A stretch of 63,306 nucleotides of DNA, the filler included, from Chiloscyllium plagiosum (taxonomy: Eukaryota): NCBI RefSeq assembly GCF_004010195.1. It is 4 parts of 4 records of this genome, joined end to end, with 100 filler letters (N's around TTAATTAATTAA, not from the genome) between each part and the next. Parts side by side here need not be neighbours in the genome. Positions count along the whole stretch, not along the records: positions 15,136 to 40,958 come from NC_057720.1; positions 41,059 to 52,706 come from NC_057717.1; 2 more parts are not named here. One strand, given 5' to 3'. Each line of letters begins with the position of its first letter. Within the stretch, counting starts at the first letter, position 1. The position numbers and the translations under genes are program-made. The notes beneath the pieces are model-generated. The model saw only the letters and a program-made list of their open reading frames with translations. It ran no database searches and had not been told where the DNA came from. Below, in pieces: positions 38,486 through 50,522 of this stretch.

Positions 38486-38530
38486 CGCTTCTCGGCCTTT
38501 TGGCTAAGATCAAGTGTCTGTTCTTATCAG
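38486..38530 (+). pseudogene. RNU2: U2 snRNA 5' fragment (nt 3-52 with a 5-nt internal deletion) fused to the retrotransposon 5' end
   Basis: CGCTTCTCGGCCTTTTGGCTAAGATCAAGTGT equals U2 nt 3-34 and CTGTTCTTATCAG equals nt 40-52. The rest of U2 is absent. Confidence 0.92.
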
Positions 38531-38688
38531 GACAGGGGTCGAGTTGCGAGTCATCAGAGCTAGTGGAGATCATCGCTGGATCGTGATTGGACGTTGGAGG
38601 ATCGTTTGGTTGTGCTGACCTGCTATTGGTGGATCTTCATGCTGGCTTCGGCCTAACGCCAATTCAGGGACCAGCCAACCTCAGAGCT

Positions 38689-40115
38689 ATGGCCTCAACA
38701 GCTGCCCGCACCCCAGGCCAGGGGGTTCGAAACACCGTCCGGGTGTCTGTCAAGAAGGTGGAAGAGCGTACACCAGTCGATCGGACGGTGTTCGTCAAGA
38801 AGGTGCTGTTCGAGTGCTGTGGGTTCGCCGCAGCAGATGTGTACTGCCTGCAGGATTTCCCTGGGGCAGGCTACTTCGACGTCACCTTCAGGAGCGTGAA
38901 GCAATGTGAGCAGCTCCTGAAGGTCTTCAAGGAAAAGGAAGGGGAGCCGCTGTGCTCCATCTTGTCGGTGGTCCCGTTGTGTGTGCTTCCTCCACAGAGG
39001 AGCCGGGTTGTTCCGATCCACATGTACAACCCCTACGTGCCAGCAACCGATGTTCTGACATTCCTGGGAAGATATGTGCAGGTCGAGGGACAAAGCACTG
39101 ATGTGGTTGACCCTTTCGGGATCTGGACCAGCAAACGACAGGTCAAGGTAACCCTGAAGGTGGATGCCAGCGGGAATATCCTCCACCCACCTCCAGCTTT
39201 GCTATCGGAGGGAGCAGAGCGTACCTGACTTATGCAGGGCAGCCGAAAGTGTGCCGAACCTGTGGGAGGTCAGGCCACATGGCGGCGGACTGCAAGGTCA
39301 CGATCTGTCGCAATTGCAAGAAGGAGGGTCACCCGACCAAAGAGTGCAAGGAGGAAAAGAACTGCAATCTGTGCGGGGAGGCGGGCCACGTGTACAGGGC
39401 CTGCCCAAGACCAGGGGCGGCCACCTATGCGCAGATGGCCGGAGGCGGGCCACAAAAGGACGGCAAGGCACTGTAAACCGGCAAGGGAATGGTGTCAGGA
39501 GGCATGCAACAGGAAGGACAGGCCGGAGCAGAGCAGATGACAGTTACCGGAGAGGTACAGCTGCCGAGCGAAGCTCCGACAGGACAGATGGAGGAGGAGG
39601 AGATGGAGAAGGGAAAGAAGGAGGCAGAGAAATGGACCATGGTGCAAAACAGGAGGAGGAAAATCCACCCGGCCACCAAGACCTCCCAGAAAAAGGGGAA
39701 AAGGCAGCTGCATGGGGAAGACACGAACAGCTGTTCGGAGGGTGAGGACGGGCATAAGGAGGGTCGTCACCAAAAGAAGAGGCAGAGCGCTGCGAGGAGA
39801 AAGGAGGGCAGCATCTGCCAACCAAGGGATGAACCTCCTGAGGAAACCACCACCCCCCACCAGGTGAAAGCCAGGATGGCCCCGCCGCCACACAGCTCCA
39901 GGTCACTGGGAGCAGCAGATATAGAAACAGACAGCGTGGACCCTGGTCTCGGCCCGATGACACCGAAGCGGGCAAATGGGCCGAGTGAGGAACTGGACAG
40001 CTACCTCAGCCCAGCGAGGGTCCAGCAGTTTGCGTACTGCACGGGGATGCAGACAGCTACCCGAGAGGGGCAAGACCAGCGACAATCGGACATGGGTAAC
40101 CTTACAACCTGTTAA
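38689..40115 (+). pseudogene. Retrotransposon ORF1 (gag-like, 3 x CX2CX4HX4C), disrupted
   Basis: MASTAARTPGQGVRNTVRV...; 1-bp frameshift near 39190; CRTCGRSGHMAADC, CRNCKKEGHPTKEC and CNLCGEAGHVYRAC knuckles; in-frame TAA at 39474-39476; charged C-terminal tail. Confidence 0.85.
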
Positions 40116-40119
40116 CAAA

Positions 40120-40958
40120 ATGGGGTTTAAAATTGCAACTATCAATGTGCGCAGCATAAAATCTGCTGCGCGATGTGTTTCAACACTGGCCTTCCTGGCC
40201 AACGTGAAAGCCGATGTCCTGCTTCTGCAGGAGTGTGGGAGACCGCACCTCAGCAGTTACAGGAGATGGTCGAGCTTGTGGGCCCATGAGCCGTCAGTGT
40301 GGTCGGGGGGTAACGATAACCGCTCCTCGGGCCTGGGTATTCTGTTACGGGGAGGCAACTTCACCATCTCCGAGGTTAAGGAGGTGGTGGGCGGGCGACT
40401 CCTCGTCGTTGCTGATGTTACATACAGAAACGCTCCCGTGAGACTAATCAATGTGTACACCCCAGCGGGTAAGAGTGAACGGTTGGCCGTCCTGCAGCAG
40501 CTTCCACTGTTGCTGGCTACGTCCAGGCCGGTCATTCTGGCCGGAGACTTCAACTGTATCATCGATGCAGATGGACGATCCGGCGGGGGGGATAGTAAAC
40601 TGGACACCACGTCCAGAGCCCTGATGGACACGGTAAAAGATGCCAAGCTGCACGACGTCTTCAGCACCCCTGCAGACGGAGCGCAGCGTAGATATACATG
40701 GTCACGGGCAGACGGGTCTATCCGCTCAAGGATAGATTACCTGTTTGTGTCCCGAACGCTCTCGGTCAGATCCACCGACGTCAAGCCGGTGTTCTTCTCT
40801 GACCACTGCCTCCTGCTGGCCGACTGTCACCTACAGAATGAGCAGCAGGCTGGTAAGGGAATATGGAAGCTGAACACTACGCTGTTGACCCCAGGAAACA
40901 TTGAGGAGCTCAAGAGGGACTACGCAGGTTGGAGAACCGTGAAGCCCCTCTTTGAGCC
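40120..40958 (+). CDS. Retrotransposon ORF2 N-terminus: AP-like endonuclease (open to the scaffold end)
   Basis: MGFKIATINVR, LLQE, INVY.P, LAGDFN, YTW, SRIDY, FSDH and WKLN motifs. Confidence 0.9.
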
Positions 40959-41058
40959 NNNNNNNNNNNNNNNNNNNNNNNNNNNNNNNNNNNNNNNNNN
41001 NNTTAATTAATTAANNNNNNNNNNNNNNNNNNNNNNNNNNNNNNNNNNNNNNNNNNNN
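40959..41058. other. Artificial scaffold linker
   Basis: 44 N + TTAATTAATTAA (41003-41014) + 44 N. Confidence 0.95.
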
Positions 41059-41264
41059 GCGGTGAGGGAGACTCTCGAGCTCTGGGGACTGGAAGGGGGG
41101 ACGTGGGGGGTAGGGGGTCACTCAGACTGTGGGAGTGGGACTGTGGTGTTGGGGGGGGAGGGAGACACGCAGAGCCTTGGGTGTGGGAATGAGGAGACAT
41201 GCAGACTCCGTGAAGTGGGGAGGGGGATGTGGGGTGTAGGGAGACACACAGATTCTGAGGAGTT

Positions 41265-41700
41265 GGGATAAATTTTCTGGGGCTGTTTTCCCCGAAGAGT
41301 TGGAAGCTTAGGGGTGATCTTATAGAAGTTTGTAAAAGAATGATGAACATGGATACGATAAATAGACAAGGGATTTTCCCTGGTGTTTGGGAGTCCCGAA
41401 CTACTGGGCATAGATTTAAGGTGAGAGGGGTAAGACATAGAAGGGTCCTAAGGGAACAAGGTTTGACGCAGAGGATGGAACGTGCATGGATTGAGCTGCC
41501 AGAGGAAGTGGTGGAGGCTGGTCCAATTGCTACATTTAAAAAGAATCTGGGTGGTTACATGAGTACGAAGATTTCAGAGAGATATGGGGTAAGTGCTGGC
41601 ATATGGGGCGAATTAGTTTCAGATAACTGTTCAGCATGAATGAGTTGAACCGAAAGGTCTGGTTTAGAACTGCATAACTCTATGACTTGATGACTCTAGT
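41265..41700 (+). mobile_element. CR1-like LINE 3' end
   Basis: GLFS...LRGDLIEV, SRTTGHRFKVRG, W.ELPEEVVEAG and a tctatga-type tail. Confidence 0.75.
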
Positions 41701-41794
41701 GAACAGTAGTCCCAGTCCACAGCGACAGGGATTGAACTCGGGTCTCTTATATTGTAAGGCAGCAGTGCTAACCACTGTGCCACCATGCACCCAA

Positions 41795-44700
41795 AACGAA
41801 AGTGACACCAACATGTTCATTCTAAAATATGAGAGACTTAACAAACAATCCATGTCTTTTTCAAAATATAATTTCAGTTAGGTCACACTGCAAACATTTG
41901 CGATAAATTCTGTGTCTTATGGTCTTATACTCTAAAACCACCCAATGAAGGAGCAGCTCTCCGAAAGCTAGTGCTTCCAAATGAACCTATTGGACTATAA
42001 CCTGGTGTTGTGTGATTTTTAACTTTGTAAGTCACAGTCCAACACCAGCATCTCCAAATCCACGAGAGATTGAATTGCTGAAAAAGCACATCCAGTGATA
42101 TAAGCTGACACGAGTTGGGTCATTACTGAGAGAAAGTCCAGCGTATTTTAGATAGAGTCTTGTATTCAATAAATAAAGGAACTATCTTAGCCCAGGAGAA
42201 GACATGGTGTATTAACTACAAACAGACAAAGACACCAGTATTTTAGAATATAATAGAAAAGTTATTTATAGTATATGGAAATGCAAACAGAGACATGAAT
42301 TTGTGTTTCTGTGTCCTTCCTAGCTAAATTAATTACGTCAAAAATCCCTGTGCTAAATGTCATTGTCACCTCGTCGTCCCATCTGCAAACCTCGCTCGGT
42401 CCTTACTAAATTTTCTATTACCCTCTTCCTGGATCCCAATGGTTGGTAGGTTCGTGTGAGAGCAACTTGAGAAGCTGTTCATTGTTTACCAAGAGCTTAG
42501 TCAAAACTATAAATGAAAGCAGTCACAGGTCCAAACACTTCCACCTGCAAACCATCCCTACGGATCTTCCTTGAGTCGAAAAAAAAACAACTGCCCATTT
42601 TGATCCATAATTTCTAAACTTTGCTGGCATGTCAGTTGTAAAGAACGTTTTCAAATAACTTTAAACGTGTAAATGGTTCACATCAATCGGATTAAAGTAA
42701 CATCTCGTGTGTTACCCGGCAAAAAAAATAAACAAGTTGGTTCGCAGGAATTACTCTAAGCATGTCTACGATGGATCATTTTATCAAACAAAATAATTTC
42801 CAATGTTATGAGGGCTCATCTTTCTTCATTACAATGTTCTGAATTTTAAGTTGTGTCTACTGAGACATGAAACTGTCTGATCTGCCTAAGTGTATGGAGT
42901 GTGCTTTTCAGTTTGTTAATTTAATTTATTGACCTTAGTTGAATAAACTTAAAAATCACACAGCTCCAGGTTATAGTCCAACAAGTCTTATTTGGAAGCA
43001 CTAGTTTTCGGAGCGCAGCTCCTTTATCAGATGGTTGTGGAGTATAAGATCGCTAGACACAGAATTTATAGCAAAATTTTACAGTGTGATATAATTGAAA
43101 TTATGTAATGAAAATACCTGGCTTGTTTGCTAAGTCTCTCATCTTTTAGAATGATCATATTGGTTTCAATTTTTTCATATGCAAATCGCTGAACTCTTCA
43201 AAGTTACATTCTCAAGTGAACTTTAACAATTGGTATCATGTCGGCCCAGATAATGCGGTTAAGGTGTGAGGTGCCCTGTGCGAGACTGTCCATGAGAGTG
43301 ATTCTAATCTTTAAAAAAAAACTGATTCTCATCTTAAAAAATAACTGATTTACAGAATCTTACATGGATTCAGGCAATTTTTGAGCAGAATAAAATCTAA
43401 TTCTGCAAGTACAAATTCAACTCACAAACTTCTTTGTGGTTGTGTCTGTGTGTGTGTGTCACGGAGGGGTGGAGAGTGTGCATATGTGTGCAAGTATGAG
43501 TGTGAGTGGAAAGGGGTATAAGTCTGTGAGTGGATGCATGTGAATGTGGGAGTGTACGTGTGACCGTATGAGAGAGAGCTTGTCTTACGAGAGAGCCCGT
43601 GTGAGGAATAGACAACAGGCAATAGACAAAGGTGCAGGAGTAGGCCATTCTGCCCTTCGAGCCAGCATAACCATTCATTATGATCATGGCTGATCCTCAA
43701 TCAGTATCCTGTTCTTGCCTTATCCCCGTGACCCTTGGTTCCACTATCCTTACGAGTTCTATTCAACTCTTTCTTGAAAGTATCCAGAGACTTGGCCTCC
43801 ACTCCCTTCTGGGGCGGAGCATTCCACACACACACCACTCTCTGGGTGAAGACGTTTCTCCTCAACTCTGTTCTAACTGGCCTACCCCTTATTTTTAAAC
43901 TGTGACCTCTGGTTCGTGACTCAGCGGAAACATGCTTCCTGCCTCCAGAGTGTCCAATCCTTTAATGATCCTGTACGTCTCAATCAGATCCCCTTCTAAA
44001 CACAAGCGGAGAAAAGCCAGTCGCTCCAATCTATCAGCATAAGATAGTCCCGCCATTCTGGGAATTGACCTCGTGAACCTACGCTGCACTCCTTCAATAG
44101 TCAGAATGTCTTTCCTCAAATTGTGTATCTGTAGGAATGTTTGACGGTCTGTAGGAGTGTGTGTGTGCATCTGTATCTGTGTGTGTGTGTCTGTGTGTGT
44201 GTCTGTGTCTGGGTATGTATCTGGTTTTCTCTCTTTGTGTGTGGACATGGCAGGCACGCATGTGACTCATCCAACGTTGTCTATCTCATACACTGTAGGC
44301 AAGGATGCTATGCGGCATAGTACTTTGGTGGGAATGAGCAGAAGCTCCTGCAACATATGAATGGACACCACACAACAATTAACAGACAGGAGTGTTCCCT
44401 TCCAGACGGTGAACCCTTCAGTGGTCCAGGACATTCGACCTTGGATCTTCGTGTGATTGCCCTCCAAGGTGAACTCCAGGATGGGCACCAAAGCAAAGTG
44501 GCCAAGCAGGTGCTTATAGCCAAGTTCGGTACCTGTGCGGATGGCCTCAAACGGGTCTTTGGGTTCATGTCACACTACACACTGCACTACACACACACAC
44601 ACTCATCACCTCTCCCATTCACACACTCACACACACACACACAAACAGACGTAAACCCAGATAAAGACATGCGCACACATACAGATGCATGCACATACAC

Positions 44701-45625
44701 ATACACAGCCACACACATTCCTAGACGCACGCTCCTACATACACACACACAATCCTACAATTACACTCATGTGGGTCCTCTCATGCACAAGATCTCTCTC
44801 TCATACACACACATACAGATGCATGCACAGACACAGACACACCACACACATTCCTAGAGGCACGCTCCTACATACACACACACAATCCTACAATTACACT
44901 CATGTGGGTCCTCTCATGCACAAGATCTCTCTCTCATACACACACACTCACATGGTCAGACGTGCAGCCTCTCACAATCACACACATACACATACGCTCA
45001 CACGAACGCTCATAACCTCCCCCCATACACACCCACACACACAAACACACACAAAGAAATTTGTCGGGAGAATTTGTACTTGCAGAATTACATTTTATTT
45101 TTCTCAAAAACTGCACGAATCCATGTTAGATTCTGTAAATCCTTTTTCTAGATCAGAATCAGCCTGAACATTGTGCCACAGACAGTCTCACAGAGGACAC
45201 CTCACAACTTAAATGCATTAGCTGGGCCGACATGACACTAATTGTTAAAGTTCACTTGAGAATGTAACTTTAAGAATGTCCTATGATTTACATATGAAAG
45301 AACTGAAACCAACATGTTCATTCTAAAAGATGAGAAACGTAAATTAAATATTTAACTGGATTGTCTTAATTTTCTCATCTTTTAGAATGAACATGTTGGT
45401 TTCAGTTCTTTCATATGTAAATCGCAGAACATTCTTAAAGTTACATTCACATTGTAAACTTTTGCTGCAAATTCTGTGTCTTACAATCTTGTACTCCACA
45501 ACGACCTGATGAAGGAGCAGCGCTCCAAAAGATAGTGCTTCCAAATAAACCTGTTGAACTATAACCTGGTGTGGTGTAATTTTTCACTTTCTAACCCCAG
45601 TCCAACACCGGCATCCCCAAATCAT
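41795..45625. mobile_element. Cluster of a second PLE family: terminal repeats at ~41795-42060 (+), ~42945-43435 (-) and ~45060-45625 (+), and a GIY-YIG 3' fragment at ~44255-44580 (+). Interrupted by a CR1 fragment (~43605-44120, -) and CA/GT-rich repeats.
   Basis: Shared block ctgatgaaggagcagcgctccgaaagctagtgcttccaaataaacctgttggactataacctgg; degenerate NVVYLIHCRQGC endonuclease motif. Confidence 0.7.
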
Positions 45626-48600
45626 TATTTGAATAAAGGGATGTTATGCCAGGCAGCATTTGGGATCATTAATTGGACCATTAATTTCCACATCACTAGA
45701 CAGAGTGTCGGGTGGACTTTATTGATTTGGGATATCATTGAAATGAAAGTTTGAAACATTTCCCGTATAAATCATATGAATTACAGCCTTCGAATTCAAC
45801 AAAGTAGGAAGAGTGGACTTAGAGTAATAGAAATGTTTAATGACAGAGAGGGATCACTTTGCCCATCAGGCCTGTGCCACGTAAATACAGAAGCTCCCAA
45901 CCTACACCCACTTCATAGTATATTATCCGTAACTCTTCAGGTGATAGCACATGAAGTATATAGCGAAGCTCATTTTTAATGATTTGAGTTTTCCTGCATC
46001 GACTATCCTTTCAGGTTGTGAATTTTCCGAATCTTCCCCGTGAGTTTGCTGTCTATCACTTGTGTCTAAGCACCTTAGTTATCGAACTCGCCACCGCCTC
46101 CCCCCCTCCCCAGCCAAGCGAAGGAGGCTTTTCCCATCTATTTTATCCATGCATCACATTTGAGTGTTTCTTAGGAAAAATATCCCTCAACCTCCTCTGC
46201 TCCAAATGAACAGCTCCAGCTGAATCCGAATTTCGTTATTACTGCTTTATTCCAGTCTCAGCAGCATCCTCCGAGACTCATTCGAAAACACTTCCATTCT
46301 GACAGTAATGATGTGATCAGATGAGTGTGTGCGCCCACGAGTTTGTCTGCATGGATGTCGTAATTTTTGTTTCAATTGTCATTGTTCTTCTGTTTTGTTT
46401 CATGAACGTTAAGTGATATTGTGTAAACTATCACTTCACCAGCAACTGTGGAAAGTACTTGTATTCACGTCAAAATATGATGGAAATAGTGCAAACGGCA
46501 ATGCGGAGCCATTACAGTCGGGATCATTGTGTAAGGTCAAATCCATTGTCCACACAGACATGATATCCAATGCTATTAAATACTGGCTTATAGGAAAACT
46601 GTAGGCAGAACTATATCATGATTCAAACAGTTGGTGCACCCTGAGAATCCTAATGACCCGTTTCTCATCGTCGTTTCTCGAGTTATTTTAACTCATCTTG
46701 ACTTACTTATTAAATTTAAGTTAACATGAAAATTAAATCACATTATCCCCCAGAAATGCTGCCAACAATATCCCTTTTTTCAGTCAAGATCAGCAACATG
46801 AATTAAGAAAGTTAAAACAAAATATATTTATTTTACTTAATACTGACAATAAGGTTTTCACAAAGGGCAAAGGGGAAGGTGTGGCGGCGTGCAGAAAGGG
46901 TATTCACTGTTCCCTGGTGTCTAATTGCGTTTGTGAACAAGAGGTGCACTTGTGAAGTACATTCAGGATGGTAATGTAGTTATCTCAGTAGACATTGTGC
47001 GCACAGAGATCTCCCTTGAATCAGCAATGACATGGACAACTGATTTTGTGATGATGTTTGGAGCAAAATAAAATTGAACAATACAGGAAGGACAAGTCCC
47101 TTTCAATTCTTTGAAATAATATCAAGGAATGTAATATATTGGGGATGCAGGAGGATCTCTAATTTAAACACACGGGAAAATGTGAGGCACAGATCCACCG
47201 TTGGAAATCCAGGTGGTTGGAACTTCTTTCACTGGAGCTTAAGAGTTCGAGAGGTGACCTTGTACAAGTTTGTAAAAGTCATGAGTGGTAAGGAAAATGG
47301 CAAATGTCTTTTCCCTAGGGTGGGGGATTTCAAGAGAAGAGAACTTTTTTTAAGGTGAGAGGAGAAAAGTTTTAAAATGATATCAGCGGCAACTTTTACA
47401 CAGAGAATGGTTCGTGTGAGGAATTATCTTCCAGAAGAAGAGTTCGATACGAATACTGTTATAACTTTTAAAAGACTTTTAGTTAAGTCCATGAATACGA
47501 GCTGTTTGGGAGGATATGGGCCAATACAGGTGGGATTAGTTTAATTTGGGATTATGGTTGCCCATGGACTGTTTGGACCGAAGGGTCTGTTTCTAAGTGA
47601 TTTCTCTCCATGACTCCATGAACAGCTATCCATCTGTTTTTTTCTCAATTTTATAGAGTGCTGGAGTGATCCTCCAGTGAAAAGTTGATTTTTCGGTTGT
47701 GACTGAGACTCTGTGAATATTTGTTTTAATGGGAGAAGGGACCCGTTCTCCAAGTTGCACAGCTGAAAATTAATATTTCCTGTAGCATTGCTGCTGAGTA
47801 GATTTATTTATGCCGAGGCACTGGTTATAGTTTGACGTTGGCTTTCTGGCAAGTGGTCAACAGTGAGACAAAATATCTTTGATCAACTGCAGAGACTCCA
47901 GATGCTTCCGGTAAATGAAACTGGAAGCTCGAGAACCATTTCTGCAGTCGGCTTAATTGCTGCCAACTACTGTATCTGGTAGATTAAAGGCAGTATGAAT
48001 CAACTAAAACAAAATCTAACCAAACAAACTGTACTTTCCCGTTTACCCAAAATGGACACACTTCACTTGGCATTTCTTCTTTAATAAGGATGGCCACTCA
48101 ACACAGCATTCATTGTGTGACAATCAGAAAACAGGAAATCGACTGCATGACAGACATTTATATTAACTCCGGCTGAACATCAGCCTAGTTAGTAAACCGT
48201 TTGTATTGAGGATTTTTAATGTTCTTGAATATGACGTTAATGGACCCAAACTCCCACATGGCACTAACATTTGTCATTTTCTCAAAGTAAGTTGATAAAC
48301 TTGAATTGGCTTGAACTCGCATAACCAGTTGCACCATTCTCTGATTAATGCATCTCATTAAAACCGAGTGTGCCATTTATACATAGTGAGCACCGGTGCA
48401 GTGTAATGCATAGTTTTCGCTGATTTCTACTCGTTGAAAGTCCCGTGTCACAGTTACCAATGCGCGGAGAAATGTGCTGTTTATGACCTACATCCGTGGC
48501 AGTTATTGATGTAATACTCTGTAACTTGCCAGACACTCCTGATGTACCCAAACAGTTACCTGCAATGGTTTAGATGTTGAGAAATATTTTCAAACTTCTC

Positions 48601-49545
48601 ACCAGCCTTCTCCACTTTATTAGATTCTCTTTCAAAGGTTGACCTGAGTGTTACGTATCACTGTCAATCCACTTTTTATTTCTCGGACACACAGCTTTCC
48701 TTTACAATACGTTTTCAAATATTTATCTTGTGGTCGGTGCATGTTAAAAAAAGATACGAGGAGAGAGATTCTGTAATATGGTGAGGTTCTTCTAATCTCC
48801 GTGTCCAAACAGTTTAGTGACATACACACACATTCTTAACATATCCATTTTAGACATGCTGGATATTAGCTTGCCTGAACTGAATTTAGAAACGCCAAAT
48901 ATAAATGATATCTTATTTTGTAATTTGAGAGAAACTTGAGTGGTTGCAGAAATAAAGTCAGTAATTGTATTGTCTGACAATGGTATTGAACTTCGTTTTA
49001 GCTTTTTCTGCTTGTGGTTGAATGTAGAATTAAAGGGAGTTAATTTCCAATTGAATATTCTATACATAATCACTTTGAACACGCTCTGTATTCAGTTGTA
49101 TAAAGTGAATTTAGAAACATCTGGTATGATTTACAGGTTATTCGGAGACTTGTAGTGTCCAGAAAAAAGTATGGCCAGTTAATTATTTGGCTGATAATAT
49201 CTTCGAACTTTGATTTTAGTTTTATTTACTCGTGAAAGTATGTTAAAATACAGAGAGCCAACTTCCAATTGAATTTGTTTTGTTGTTTTAAACAAAATAT
49301 CTGAAAACTTCATCTGAAAAATACTTCAAGCTGTTAAATTTCACTTTCCCCATTCAAAAAACACTTCCTAGCAGGCTATTCAGCAAAACAATATCCCAAG
49401 TGTGTATATTTCCATGTTTAAGAATAATCTCGTGTAAATATGAACCTATCTGTAAGGGCTGTGCAAGGTGATACGAGGATCCAGTCTCAGCCTCCAGCAG
49501 GAAACCAACAGGCGGAACCTGTAAACCTGCCCCTTCTGATGACCA

Positions 49546-49551
49546 TATAAA
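49546..49551 (+). promoter_or_regulatory. TATA box of the VH promoter (cluster C)
   Basis: TATAAA about 90 bp upstream of the ATG, conserved with cluster A. Confidence 0.65.
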
Positions 49552-49638
49552 TCCGGGTCGCTGTGCTTTAGTTTAACACTCCTGGATCTGGTTTGTTTAG
49601 AAAACTCTTGACAGAACCGTTTTTCACAAGTTATCAGA

Positions 49639-49687
49639 ATGATTAAGTCAACAATTTTTCTCAGTTTGTTACTGACGTTCTTATCAT
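49639..49687 (+). CDS. IGHV: VH leader exon (cluster C)
   Basis: MIKSTIFLSLLLTFLS followed by T|gtgagt. Confidence 0.93.
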
Positions 49688-49818
49688 GTGAGTGTTCTTT
49701 TGTTCATGTCTCTCTTTGTTACTGTCTCAATGTTAGTCTGCCTCAGAAACGTAAAAGATTCAGGCATCATTGTATCAGCATTAATTCTCATGGGTTCTTT
49801 TTTTTTTCATTTTTAAAG

Positions 49819-50123
49819 GTGTCCAGTCGGAGATTGTTTTAACTCAACCAGAGGCAGAGAGTGGCCATCCCGGAGCCACGCTGAGTCTGACCTGTAAAAC
49901 CAGCGGCTTCGATCTTACCAGTTACTGGATGTACTGGGTCCGACAGGTTCCCGGACAGGGGCTGGAGTGGCTGCTGAAATACAAAAGTTCATCCAGCAGT
50001 AACTATGCCCCAGCGATTAAGAATCGATTTACTGCGTCCAAAGACACTTCAAACAACATCTTCGCGTTGGAGATGAAGAGCCTGAAGATCGAAGACACCG
50101 CCATCTATTACTGTGCAAGATAC
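49819..50123 (+). CDS. IGHV: IgM-type VH exon (cluster C), complete and open
   Basis: ttttaaag|GT; [101 protein letters not shown]. Confidence 0.97.
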
Positions 50124-50162
50124 CACAGCGAGAGGAACTAGGGCTGGACCCGTTCAAAAAAC
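50124..50162 (+). promoter_or_regulatory. 23-spacer RSS of VH (cluster C)
   Basis: CACAGCG, 23 bp, TCAAAAAAC. Confidence 0.9.
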
Positions 50163-50522
50163 AGCTCAAGGGGACATTTTGCCAATTTCATCGTTAACTG
50201 ACGGTCAGTATCCGTTTTAAATTCAGTTCAACCAACTGTGATCTGAAGCCCACCTCGGGCTGCCTTTTACAACCCTATCATAGAGGAAACATACCATTGA
50301 AATTTACAAACTGGGTGATATCATGGGACAATGTTTTTGGCATGTCGTATGTACTGCTTACTCTTCCACCAATTAAATGATTGGACATAATGTTAGTTTT
50401 AATGTATCTGACAGTTTGGGAAATGTCTGCTAAGCGTGTTCTGTAAACCATGCCGTTAATTCTAAACACTATCAGCACTAAATGTCTATTTCATATGAAA
50501 ATTGAGACCCAGAGTGTATTAC

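Larger units (their letters stand above)
34830..38486 (+). repeat. Segmental duplication, copy 2 (paralog of about 15820-18995)
   Basis: Collinear with copy 1. It carries its own insertions, and its homology ends at the U2/retrotransposon junction. Confidence 0.85.
38486..40958 (+). mobile_element. Tx1-clade non-LTR retrotransposon, Keno-like (U2 snRNA-associated), cut off by the scaffold end
   Basis: U2 head, ORF1 with three CCHC zinc knuckles, and ORF2 starting 4 bp after the ORF1 stop with an L1/Tx1-type APE endonuclease. Confidence 0.85.

Noticed and set aside
38486-38530. Functional U2 snRNA gene
   Set aside because: Only ~45 nt are present; the branch-pairing region, Sm site and 3' stems are missing, and the upstream DNA is an unrelated duplicated block.
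38689-39476. Host zinc-knuckle gene of ZCCHC3 type
   Set aside because: It is disrupted and directly followed by an APE ORF2, so it is a retrotransposon ORF1.
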